Shown piece after piece: positions 12,933-24,172 of a stretch of DNA of 64,000 bases. The DNA lies in assembly GCF_963921235.1 (NCBI RefSeq), contig NC_086097.1, positions 38,504,001 through 38,568,000 of the forward strand. Reading direction: 5' to 3'. Numbering within the stretch: position 1 is the first letter of the stretch; the number at the start of each line of letters is the position of its first letter. The position numbers were made by a program, and so were the translations under genes. This stretch comes from Mobula hypostoma. Its lineage: Eukaryota. The notes below the pieces were generated by a model. The model worked only from the letters and a program-made list of their open reading frames with translations. It was not told the DNA's origin and ran no database searches.

Positions 12933-14122
12933 CAGGGATCTCCAACCTTTATCGTACTGCGGACCGGTTTCATATTGACAATATTCTTGCGGACCGGCCG
13001 ACCGGGGTGGGGGAGCGGGGTAGGGTTGCCAACGTACAAGGGTAGCAGTCAAATACGTTGGGTTTACCCCGAGAAAGACTACAATGACCATGAAGCCTTG
13101 CGCGGGCACCAGTGCGCATGCGTAACTTGCGCATGCGTTTACGTGCCGATTTCTTAAAAATTGTTTTTGCCAATTCTGTTGGCGGCGGCGGCAGTGTGTT
13201 AATCATGACCGGAATATAGGTGATAAGTGGCTAATACACTCAATTTCGTTTCTAGAAGGGTTTATTTAACGAATTTAATATTAAACACACAGCGCATATT
13301 TTCCTTGCATGAATATAGCGATAAGACAATTATCAGGGGAGGACAGGGGAGCTTGAAGTGTTGAACGAACTTCCAGTAGAATTGGTAGAGGCAGGTTCGA
13401 TATTATCACTTAAAGAAAAATTGGATGGGTATATGGACAGGAAAGGAATGGAGGGTTATGGGCTGAGTGCAGGTCGGTGGGACTAGGTGAGAGTAGTGTT
13501 CGGCACGGACTAGAAGGGGCGAGATGCCTGTTTCTGTGCCATAATGGTTGTATAAGTCACTTATAATAGCATCAAAACATTTTAAGTAACGGATATCAAA
13601 CACACAGCGCATATTTTCCTCGTATGAAAATATAAAATCATTGCAACGCACCTATAATCGCTGAATCAGTGGGAGCCCTGGGCTTGTTTTCCTGCAACAA
13701 GACAGTCCTATCGAGGGGTGATGGGAGACAGCGATACTCGAAGGGGGTTCCTTATGTCCAGTCTATTCCGCAATTTAGTTTTCGTTGCATTCATTGCAGA
13801 GATATGTAGGAAATGGAAGCAATCTTTTCAGTGCTTTCCTGACTGTCTCACGATATTTAGCCTTGACTTTGATCCGGAATGCCAGCAGAGATGTTATGTC
13901 AAACATACTTTTCAGCCTGCCATCATTTGCAAGCTCGAGGAGTTGATCTCCTTCCCGCACTGACATGGATGACGCGCGGGTAATGACCTCGTATGCGTTC
14001 AAGCTCAAAAGTGGGCGTGACAGAGAATGAGGAAAGGTGCAGCTGACTCCTATCGCCAGATCATATCGTTTCCTCGCGGCCCAGTAGCGCATGCCTTGCG
14101 GCCCGGTGGTTGAGGACCACTG
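12933..14122 (-). mobile_element. Non-autonomous Buster/Charlie-type hAT element
   Basis: Perfect 8-bp TSD AGTTAAGT (12925-12932, 14123-14130) with central TA; imperfect 15-bp TIRs starting CAG; minus-strand remnant DQLLELANDG...ALKRLLPFPTYLC of the hAT C-terminal region. Confidence 0.9.
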
Positions 14123-14140
14123 AGTTAAGTCAATCATCGA

Positions 14141-15848
14141 ATAGTTAATTTGTAGAATGTCTAAGGGATAGCTTTTTAGAACAGCTTGTTGTTGAGCCCA
14201 CTAGGGGATCAGACTTCACAGTGGAAGACATCTGCAGTATACCGGACGTTCAAGAGAGTCAGGGAAGTCAAGTATGTGCAGTGAAAATTACGAATGAGAA
14301 GGTGCTCAGGAAGCTTAATGGTCTGAGGGTGGATAAATCTCCTGGACCTGATTGAATGCAACCTTGGGTTCTGAAGGAAGTAGCTGGAGAGATTGCAGAG
14401 GCATTAACAATGATCTTTCAAGAATCGATAGATTCTGGCTTGTAGCAGCAGAAAAGAAACTATAGACCTGTTAGCCTGACATCAGTGTTTTGGAAGTTGT
14501 TGGAATTGATTGTTAGGGATGAGATTACGGAGTACCTGGAGGCACATGACAAGATAGGCCAAAGCCAGCATGGGCCCCTGGAAGGAAAATCCTGCCTGAC
14601 TAACCTACAACAATTTTTTGAGGAAATTACAAGCAGGGTAGACAAAGGAGATGCAGCAGATATGGTGTACTTGGATTTTCAGAAGGCCTTTGACAAAGTG
14701 CTGCACATGAGGCTGCTTAGCAAGAGAAGAGCCCATGGAATTATAGGGAAGTTACTAGCATGGGTGGAGCATTAGCTGATCGGCAGAAAACAGAGTGGAA
14801 ATAAAGGGATCCTATTCTGACTGGCTGCCAGTTAGCAGTAGAGTTCTACAGGGGTCGCTGATAGGACTGCTGCTTTTTACGATGTATGTCACTGATTTGG
14901 ACTATGGGATTAATAGATTTGTGGCTAAATTTGCCGATGATACAAAGATAGGTGGAGGAGCGGGTAGTGTTGAGGAAACAGAGAGCCTGCAGAGAGATTC
15001 AAGATAGTTTAGGGGAATGGGCAAAGTGGCAAATGAAATACAATGTTGGAAAATGTATGGCCATGCACTTTGGTGGAAGAAATAAACAGGCAGACTATTA
15101 TTTAGGTGGAGAGAGAATTCAAAATGCAGTTGCAAAGGGATTTGGGAGTCCTTGTGCAGGATACCTTAAAGGTTAACCTCCAGGTTGAGTCAGTGGAGTA
15201 GAAGGTGAATGCAATGTTGGCATTCATTTCTAGAGGTATAGAATATATGAACAGGGATATGATGTTGAGGCTCGATAAGGCACTCGTGAGACCACACCTG
15301 GGAGTATTGTGTGCAGTTTTGGGCTCCTTATTTTAGAAATGATATACTGACATTGAAGAGGGTTCAGGAAAGATTCAAGAGAATGATTCCAGGAATGAAA
15401 GGGTTACCGTATGAGGGACATCTGGCAGCTCCTGGGCTGTATTCCCTGGAGTTCAAGAGAATGAGGGGCGATCTCATTGAAACATTCAGAGTGTTAAAAA
15501 ACCTGAACAGATTAGATATGGCAAAGTTATTTCCCATGGTAGGGGAGTCCAGGACAAGAGGGCACGACTTCAGGATTGAAGGACATACATTCAGAACACA
15601 GATGCGGAGAAATTACATTAGCCAGACGGTGGTAATCTGTGGAATTTGTTGCCAATAGCGGCTGTGGAGGCCAAGTCACTGGGTGCATTTAAGGCAGAGA
15701 TAGATAATTTCTTGATTAGCCAGGGCATCAAGGGGTATGGGGAGAAAGCAGGGAGGTGGGGATGACTGGAAGAATTGGATCAGTCCATGATTGAATGGCA
15801 GAGCAGACTCAATAGGCTAAATGGCTTACTTCTGCTCCTATATCTTAC
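14141..15848 (+). mobile_element. 5'-truncated CR1 LINE (RT domain) inside Tc1
   Basis: NYRPVSLTS, GKSCLTNL, VYLDFQKAFDKV, KFADDTK motifs; CR1 tail; several stops and frameshifts. Confidence 0.93.
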
Positions 15849-17168
15849 AGAAAGAATATGGCACAGCTGTAAATCTGCCTAGAGCAGGCCATCCTCAAAA
15901 ACTGATTAACCATGCAAGAAAGGAACTAGTGAGAGAGGCCACCAAGAAACCTACGTCAACTCTGGAGGAGATACAAGTTTCTGTGGTTGAGATGGGAGAG
16001 TCTGCGCATACAACTGTTGCCTGGGTGCTTCACCCATCACAGCTTTAAGCCAATGTTGAAAGACAAAAACTCACATGAAATCTCAGCTAAAGTTTGCATG
16101 TGGGAGACTCCGAATTCAGCTGGAAGAAGGTTCTATGGTTGAATGAAACCAAAGTTGAGCTTTTTGACCATCTGACTAAATGCTGTTTGGTGCAAACCAA
16201 ATAATGTGCATCAAAAACACACAATCCCGACCATGAAGCATGGTGGTAGCTGCATCATGCTGTGGAGATGCTTCACTGCAGCAGGCCCTGGAAAGTTTGT
16301 GAAGACAGAGGATAAATGAATGCAGCAAAATACAGGGAAATCCTGGAGGAAAACCTGATGCAGTCCACAAGAGAATGGTGACTTGGGAGAATGTGTTTTC
16401 CAGCAAGACAATGATCCCAAGCATGCAGCCAAAGCTACACAGGAATGGCTTAAAAAACAAAGTTAATGTCCTGGAGTGGCTAAGTCAGGAGTCCAGACCT
16501 CAATTCAATTGAGAATTTGTAGTTGGACTTGAAAAGGGCTGTTCACTCATGATCCCAATGCAATCTGACAGAGCTTGAGCAGTTTTGTAAAGAAGAATGG
16601 GGAAAAATTGCAGTATCCAGATGTGCAAAGCTGATAGAGACCAATCCTTCCAGACTCAAAGCTGTATTTGCTGCCAAAGGTGCATCTACTAAATACTGAC
16701 TCGAAGAGGGTCAGTAATTATGTTAACAATTATTTTGTTTTATATTTGTTATTTAAATCACCTTGCGGTGATCTGTTTTCACTTTGACATGAAAGTTTTT
16801 TTTCCTCGTTGATCAGTGTCAAAAAATGTCAAATCAGACTATCTGTGATTCAATGTTGTAAAACAATGAAACATGAAAACTTCCAAGGAGGGTGAATACT
16901 TTTTATAGGCACTGAATCTAATCAACATGGTATGCTAGAACAGAACACTGTCTCTTGGAATTATCTTTGTTTATTTTGGATCAGTTCTACAACTTGAAAA
17001 GTTTTAAATAAATACCATGCAAAATTTATATTTCTGTTACCATTCTTTTAACCATTTAAGTTTGAGTCACAAAATAATAGAAAAGCAAAGATCATTTTTA
17101 AAGCAGTAAACACATTTACTTTAAACATTCCAATCTAAAATTTTGTTCTTTTTTTAAAAAAACTCTAC

Positions 17169-17250
17169 CTTGCGAAGATTTATAGGGCTCAGTGTAGTGT
17201 CCATTGTAATGCAATTGTGGTAGGGGCATCATAAATTGATGAGGTTTTGG
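17169..17250 (-). CDS. PTPN21: PTPN21 coding exon 11, 82 nt
   Basis: PKPHQFMMPLPQLHYNGHYTEPYKSSQ; TAG/GT, phases 0 to 1. Confidence 0.93.
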
Positions 17251-19254
17251 CTAAAAGGAAACAAAAATGATAAATACATTTTAATCCACAGCATGTGTTT
17301 AGTAATACAGAACAGATAGCAACAGAAATGTCTTTAAGAATTATAAATTAATTTCCAAGGTTGGTAGTTCTAGCAGTTATTGCAATTTTGAGAGAAAGGA
17401 AAAATCCTTTTATCAATTTGTTTTCCTTTCTCCCATCCAAGATTACTTTGTGTTATATGCAGCTTATATGTATTATGTTTTGCATCTTATTCCTGAGGAA
17501 TGTTGTTTCATTTCACAGTATACATGTATACGGTTGAATGACAAACTTAGACTCGAAAAGAAACTGATTGGCTATGAAAAGTGTAAGTAAACGTTTGTTA
17601 AGAACTGAGCTGTGGTTTTGCATAAAACAGCCTCTATGCAAAACTAATTGAGCTTAAAAAAATTGTAGCAGGAAAGGTGGCAAAGAAAATGTATGACTCA
17701 GTATATATGATTAGTCCTCCTTATGGGAAAACATTCAGAAGCCAAATTTTATAGCAATTTTAAAACCAATAGCAACTGCCATTCATGTAGCTCATTTTGT
17801 ACCAGAAAAAAAATCTCAATGTACTACATTAAAAGTAATGAGAATAATTGATATTAATCCAAAGACGATTATAAGGGAACATAAAACAGTTGGTTAAGTG
17901 ATAAATTTTAACTGGAATCATACAGACAGATAGACATTAGAATAGCAGAGGTGTTGATGGGTGGAATTCTGAAGATTATATTCAGATTGTTGAAATTAAC
18001 GCAAATAAACCTTTAAAATATGCTGTATCAAATAAAGTTTCCATTGTCCATTTTATTGCATTGAAGTTTAAAATGAAGAATCACCTTTTAATCAGATACA
18101 AAATTAAAAGCAGAGAATAGAAAACTGCCTTTGATTAGTAATTAGTCATATAAACAAAAATAAATTCTGGTGACAGAACAAGACTTTCAAGTGTTACATA
18201 TAGATACACGGTTTCTGCTTTGCAGTTAAATGTCAAAAACAGCCTAGGGGAAAGACTGAAAGCAGGCAGCGCTCATAACATCATTAAAATAATTAAGCAG
18301 TTGAATTCAGGCAGCCAATGTTTAGTTTTAAAGAGAAAAGCTGTCATATTTCCATTAAGAATAAAATTAAAGATGAAATATACTAGTTATTCAGAAGAAA
18401 ACAAAAAGGAGAATTAACTGATTTGGATAATGGGCTAAAACGTGCCAAATATAATATATTGCCTTTGAGTGATATACTCTGGTACACAAGTAGTTAAAAA
18501 AGCCTCAGTGTTGTGGAAAAGTTTATTTGTAAAAGTGTATCAACAGCAACAAGTTTTTATGATTTCTTTTAAACATGCAGTTATTAACTTTATTTTAACA
18601 TTTTTGATTAATAAATCCAAGGTGAGCATCTTAAACCTTAAGATCTCATTTACAGATTCACCGGCAATACTGGGCTCAATACGCAAAAAAAAAATTACAG
18701 GCTTTAAAAAAGTTATAGAAGTAGGTTCATTAGGATGCCGTTTGAAAAATACATATAGCTTAATTATGGGCCTTTGGATATTAATTGTGATAGTTTTGGC
18801 AAAATGCATTAAAATTATGAAGCAATCACACTGTGTAGCTCCAGTCAAAGGAAACTGGGGCATGGTAAGTGATGGAATATTCCCAGCTATGAAACCATTG
18901 TTGGTGCTGCATCATGATAAATGGCTTTTGGCAACTCTACTATGAAATGGTTCAAACAGTGGTGTGATCATATATCCAAACAAGGAGTTACCTATTTGAA
19001 CAGAGAGGAAAAGGAACTCTAGTTTTAAGTTTGTTTTGACAATATTCAAGATTAGATCACAACAAAAAGAAATAGTAATATATTTGAGGGCAAATACCAC
19101 CACAGGTTGAGCTAAATGGCCTGTTTCAGCATCCAATTTTATTGGGACTTAAAATATTATGAAAATATTCTAAAATGATTCAATACAAAAATATTCAAAT
19201 GATGTTTGAAATAATTATTCAAATAATAAAAGGAAAGGCAGTTGTGAATCAAGG

Positions 19255-19742
19255 ATCAACCACAAGAATGATTCTAGGAATAAAATTGCTAACATGCAAG
19301 AAGCATTTGATGGCTCTTGACAAATACTCACTGGAATTTAGTGGGGCGGGGGTGGAATCTCATTGAAACTTAATAGAATATTGAAAGGTCTAAATAGAGT
19401 GGATGTGGAGCGGATGTTTCCGATAGTGGATGAGTTCAGGACCACAGGTACAGCCTCAGAATAGAGGTATGTCCATTTAGAACAGATACAAATAGGAATT
19501 TATTTAGCCAGAGGGTGGTGAATCTATGGAATTTATTGCCACGGCTGGCTGTGGAAGCTAAGTCATTGAGAATATTTAAAGCGGAGGTTGATAGTTTCTT
19601 GGTGAGTTAGGGTGTCAAAAGTTACAGGAAGTAGGCAGGTGAATAAGGTTGAGAAGGATAATAAATCAGCCATGATGCAATGGTGAAGTAGACTAAATGG
19701 GCCAAGTGGCCTTATTCAGATCCTACAACTTATGATCTTATC
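19255..19742 (+). mobile_element. CR1 LINE 3' fragment
   Basis: Similar to the 10.7-11.2 kb and 12.0-12.4 kb copies. Confidence 0.85.
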
Positions 19743-19776
19743 TCAGTGAATGGCATCAGAGGTTGAACTGAACAGC

Positions 19777-20820
19777 AACACAAACAAAATGCTGGAGGAA
19801 CTCAGCAGGCCAGGCAACATCAATGGAAAAGAGTACAGTTGACATTTCGGGCTGAAAATCTTCACTAGGACTGGAGAAAAAAAACTGAGGAGTAGATTTA
19901 AAAGATGGGGGGAAGGGAGAAAGAAAAAGACAATGTGATGGGTGAAACCTGGAGGGGAGGATGAAGTAAAGAGCTGGGAAATTGATTGGTGAAAGAGACA
20001 GAAGGCCATGGAAGCAAAAGTGCGGAGGAGCATCAATAGGCGATGGGCTGGAAAGGAGATAGGGTGAGAGAGAGAGAAAAAACAGGGATGGGAAATGGTG
20101 AAGGAGTGCGGGGTGGTGGGGTCATTACCGGAAGTTTGAGAAATCGATGTTCATGGCATCAGGTTGGAGGCTACCCAAACGGAACACAAAGTGTTGTTCC
20201 TCCAACCTAAGTGTGATCTCATCACGACAATGGAGGCGGCCACGGATGGACATATCAGAATGGGAATGAGAAGTGGAATTAGAATGGGAATGAGAAGTGG
20301 AATTAAAATGGGTGGCCACTGGGAGATCCCGCTTTTTCTGGCAGTTGGAGCATAGGTGCTTGGTGAAGCGGTCTCCCCATTTAGGTCCGGTCTCACCAAT
20401 ATACAGGAGGTCACACCGGGAGCATTGAACACAGTACATGACCCCAGACAGACCCACAGGTAAGGTGTCACCTTACCTGGAAGGACTGTTTGGGGCCCTG
20501 AAAGGTAGTGAGGGAGGAGGTAAAGGGTCAGGTGCAGCACTTGTTCTGCTTGCAAGGATAACTACCAGGAGGGAGATCAGTGGGGAGGGACGAATGGACA
20601 AGGGAGTCATGTAGGGAGTGATCCCTGCGGAAAGCAGGAAGTGTGGGGGGGTGGGGGGTGAGAGAAGACGTGCTTGGTGGTGGGATCCCATTGGAGATGG
20701 CAGAAGTTTCAGAAAATTATGTGCTGGACGCAGAGGCTGGTGGGGTGGTAGGTGAGGACAAAGGAACCCTATCCCTGGTAGGGTGGCGGGAGGATGGGGT
20801 AAGAGCAGACATGCATGAAA
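19777..20820 (-). mobile_element. 5'-truncated Penelope-like element (GIY-YIG endonuclease plus terminal repeat)
   Basis: ORF 20125-20457 GVMYCVQCSRCDLLYIGETG...PVATHFNS...LEEQHFVFRLGSLQPDAMN; hammerhead-like motif at 19836-19873. Confidence 0.88.
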
Positions 20821-20859
20821 CTCTGCTCTTACCCCATCTCTTCCAGTTCACGCATGTCT

Positions 20860-21655
20860 AGAGTTGCAAGGGGATGGGAACTAGAGTGCCAGGACAGATA
20901 GTGGAGAGGGAGTGGAGATAGTTGTTAAAGCCTCAAACAAAAGGTTGAGCATGGTGCAAATAATGTCCTGAGCTGTGTATGTTTCAATGCAAGTGTAGTA
21001 GGAAAGGCAGACGAGTTCAGGGCATGGATTAACACCTGGAATTATGATATAGTGAGACTTGGTTGCAGGAGGGGCAGGACTGTAGCTCAATATTCGAGAA
21101 TTCTATTGTTTTAGATGCAATAGAGCGGGAGTGGCTCGTCTGGGAAAATGACACAGCAGTGCTCATCAGGACAGACTGCAGACCTCGTCTAATGAGGCCT
21201 TATGGGTGGAACTGGATAATAAGAAAGGTACGACGTTAATGGGGCTATATTACAGACCACCCAACAGCCTATGGAATTTAGAGGAACAAATTTGTAAAAA
21301 AGCTTGCAAACTGCTGCAAGAAACAAAGTTGTTATAGTAGGTGATTCTGATTTTCCACATATTGATTCAGACTCCCATACTGTAAAAAGATTAGATGGGA
21401 TACAGTTTGTCAAATGAGTTCAAGAAAGTTTCCTTAATCAGTACGTAGAAGTCCCAACAAGAGATTGTGCGATATTTGATCTGCTATTAGAGAATGAGAC
21501 AGGGCGGGTAACAGAAGTTTGTGTAAGGGAACACTTTGCATCCAGTGACCACAATGCCATTAGTTTCAAATTAAATATGCAAAAGATAGGTCTGGTCCAT
21601 GGGTTGAGATTCTAAATTGGAGAAAGGCCAATTTTGATGCTGTCAAATGATCTGG
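20860..21655 (+). mobile_element. CR1 ORF2 endonuclease-region fragment
   Basis: Broken frames SCMCFN/NASV, ETWL, GLYYRPPN, VIVGDSDFPHID, SDHNAI. Confidence 0.8.
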
Positions 21656-22073
21656 CAAGCCTGCTATTAGGAAAAATAACAGTGCAGCAAGCACAATATG
21701 GCCTAACTGCCACATTATCCACTTAGTCTCTCTCCATCAGAAATACTCCTCTTTTTCCTTCCATTACCTTACTTGCCTTCTTTAAAACTGAAATCTCATT
21801 TGTTTTCTCTTCTGAGTCTCTGGCCCAAGACGTCACCTCTTTTTCATTCTCTTTCACAGGCACTGCCTGAACTTAATAAACTTTTACTGATTTAATTAAA
21901 GCAAATCCACATGTTGTGGTAGCACATAAAGTTACAAAACAGTAAGAATCTTCTTTTAAAATGAAAATTTTAGTGCAGTCATTTTATAGTGATACGATAT
22001 GTGGTATTTTAATAGATTAAAAAAAGAATCACATTAGGAGAGAATGCAATTTATAAATCAACATCTCACATAC

Positions 22074-22134
22074 CAAAGACATTCTTGACAATGTGCTCCT
22101 TCGGACTGGACTCACCGAAGCAGCCTGACCTTGT
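22074..22134 (-). CDS. PTPN21: PTPN21 coding exon 10, 61 nt
   Basis: QGQAASVSPVRRSTLSRMSL; CAG/GTATG, phases 2 to 0. Confidence 0.9.
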
Positions 22135-22616
22135 CTGAAATTGAAAAATAAATGACGATATATTATTCTTCCCACTAAAATTAAATATCTTAAACTAGTA
22201 CTTTTCATGACATTAAATAGATTTTGAATGCAAAAATAATAATAACATTAAAAAAAATTGAAGGATAAAGATCATGAAACTATGCACATTTCAATGGCAC
22301 TAAATAGCTCTGTTTTAGTTCACAGCTTTCAATGTACTCAATTACCTAATATTAGAATATGCTAATTATAATCAACATTCAAAGAGTAAACTATTTCCTT
22401 TAACTAATCTTAGAAAACGGTACAAACATTAAATATTCAGTTACAAGGTGTACACTGGAGCAAAATTAGATGCAATATTGTTGTTTTATATCTTATCAAT
22501 GTCTGTTCAACTTGAATAGCTTCACAGGTAAAAGAAATAGCATCTTCAGGAAAGGAGGGGAAAAGTGCAGAATCAAATTAATATTTATAAACACTTTCCT
22601 TTAAAGCTAAGCTATC

Positions 22617-24072
22617 GGAGGGTGGCTAATGTAACCCCACTTTTTAAAAAAAGGAGGGAGAGAGAAACCGGGGGATTATAGACCGGTTAGCCTAACATCA
22701 GTGGTGGGGAAAATGCTAGCGTCAGTTATCAAAGATGTGATAACAGCACATTTGGAAAGCGGTGAAATCATCGGACAAAGTCAGCATGGATTTGTGAAAG
22801 GAAAATCATGTCTGACGAACCTCATAGAATTTTTTGAGGATGTAACTAGTAGAGTGAATAGGGGAGAACCAGTGGATGTGGTATATTTGGGTTTTCAAAA
22901 GGCTTTTGACAAGGTCCCACACAGGAGATTAGCGTGCAAACTTAAAGCACATGGTATTGGGGGTAAGGTGTTGATGTGGATAGAGAATTGGTTGGCAGAC
23001 AGGAAGCAAAGAGTGGGAATAAACGGGACCTTTTCAGAATGGCAGGCAGTGACTAGTGGGGTACCGCAAGGCTCAGTGCTGGGGCTCCAGTTGTTTACAA
23101 TATATATTAATGACTTGGATGAGGGAATTAAATGCAGCATCTCCAAATTTGCAGATGACACGAAGCTGGGCGGCAGTGTTAGCTGTGAGGAAGATGCTAA
23201 GAGGATGCAGGGTGACTTGGATAGATTAGGTGAGTGGGCAAATTCATGGCAGATGCAATTTAATGTGGATAATGAGAGGTTATCCACTTTGGTGGCAAAA
23301 ACAGGAAAACAGGTTATTATCTGAATGGTGGCCGATTAGGAAAAGGGGAGGTGCAACGAGACCTGGGTGTCATTGTACATCAGTCATTGAAAGTGGGCAT
23401 GCAGGTACAGCAGGCGGTGAAAAAGGCAAATGGTATGCTGGCATTCATAGCAAGAGGATTCGAGTACAGAAGCAGGGAGGTACTACTGCAGTTGTACAAG
23501 GCCTTCGTGAGACCACACCTGGAGTATTGTGTGCAGTTTTGGTCCCCTAATCTGAGGAAAGACATCCTTGCCATAGAGGGAGTATAAAGAAGGTTCACCA
23601 GATTGATTCCTGGGATGGCAGGACTTTCATATGATGAAAGACTGGATCGACTAGGCTTATACTCATTGGAATTTAGAAGATTGAGGGGGCATCTTATTGA
23701 AACGTATAAAATCCTAAAGGGATTGGACAGGCTAGATGCAGGAAGATTGTTCCCGATGTTGGGGAAGTCCAGAACGAGGGGTCACAGTTTGCGGATAAAG
23801 GGGAAGCCTTTTAGGACCGAGATTAGGAAAAACTTCTTCACACAGGGAGTGGTGAATCTGTGGAATTCTCTGCCACAGGAAGCAGTTGAGGCCAGTTCAT
23901 TGGCTACATTTAAGAGGGAGTTAGATATGGCCCTTGTGGCTAAAGGGATCGGGGGTATGGAGGGAAGGCTGGTACAGGGTTCTGAGTTGGATGATCAGCC
24001 ATGATCATACTGAATGGCAGCACAGGCTCGAAGGGCCGAATGGCCTACTCCTGCACCTATTTTCTATGTTTC
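22617..24072 (+). mobile_element. Well-preserved 5'-truncated CR1 LINE
   Basis: ORFs 22701-23324, 23351-23587, 23603-24004 form RT and C-terminus (GVPQGSVLG, KFADDTK) with about one frameshift and one stop; TTTCTATG tail. Confidence 0.95.
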
Positions 24073-24172
24073 TAACATAAAATAAAACAATTATAAATGT
24101 TGGACATCTGAAACTACAACAGAAAATGCTAGAAATTCTCAGCAGCTCAAGGAACACTTCAGGTAAAAGAGT

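Larger units (their letters stand above)
12449..16914 (+). mobile_element. Decayed Tc1 transposon interrupted by hAT and CR1 insertions
   Basis: Long TIRs CCTATAAAAAGTATTCACCC / GGGTGAATACTTTTTATAGGCACTG; transposase remnants MKTK...GYKKISKSMNIPWSTVKS, resuming at 15850 [50 protein letters not shown]. Confidence 0.92.

Noticed and set aside
13775..14137. ZBED5/SCAND3-like host gene exon
   Set aside because: Only a broken C-terminal remnant inside a TIR/TSD-bounded hAT element.
18469..18945. 158-aa ORF and opposite 107-aa ORF in AT-rich intron
   Set aside because: No recognisable motif, low-complexity I/K/L composition, not needed for the PTPN21 frame.
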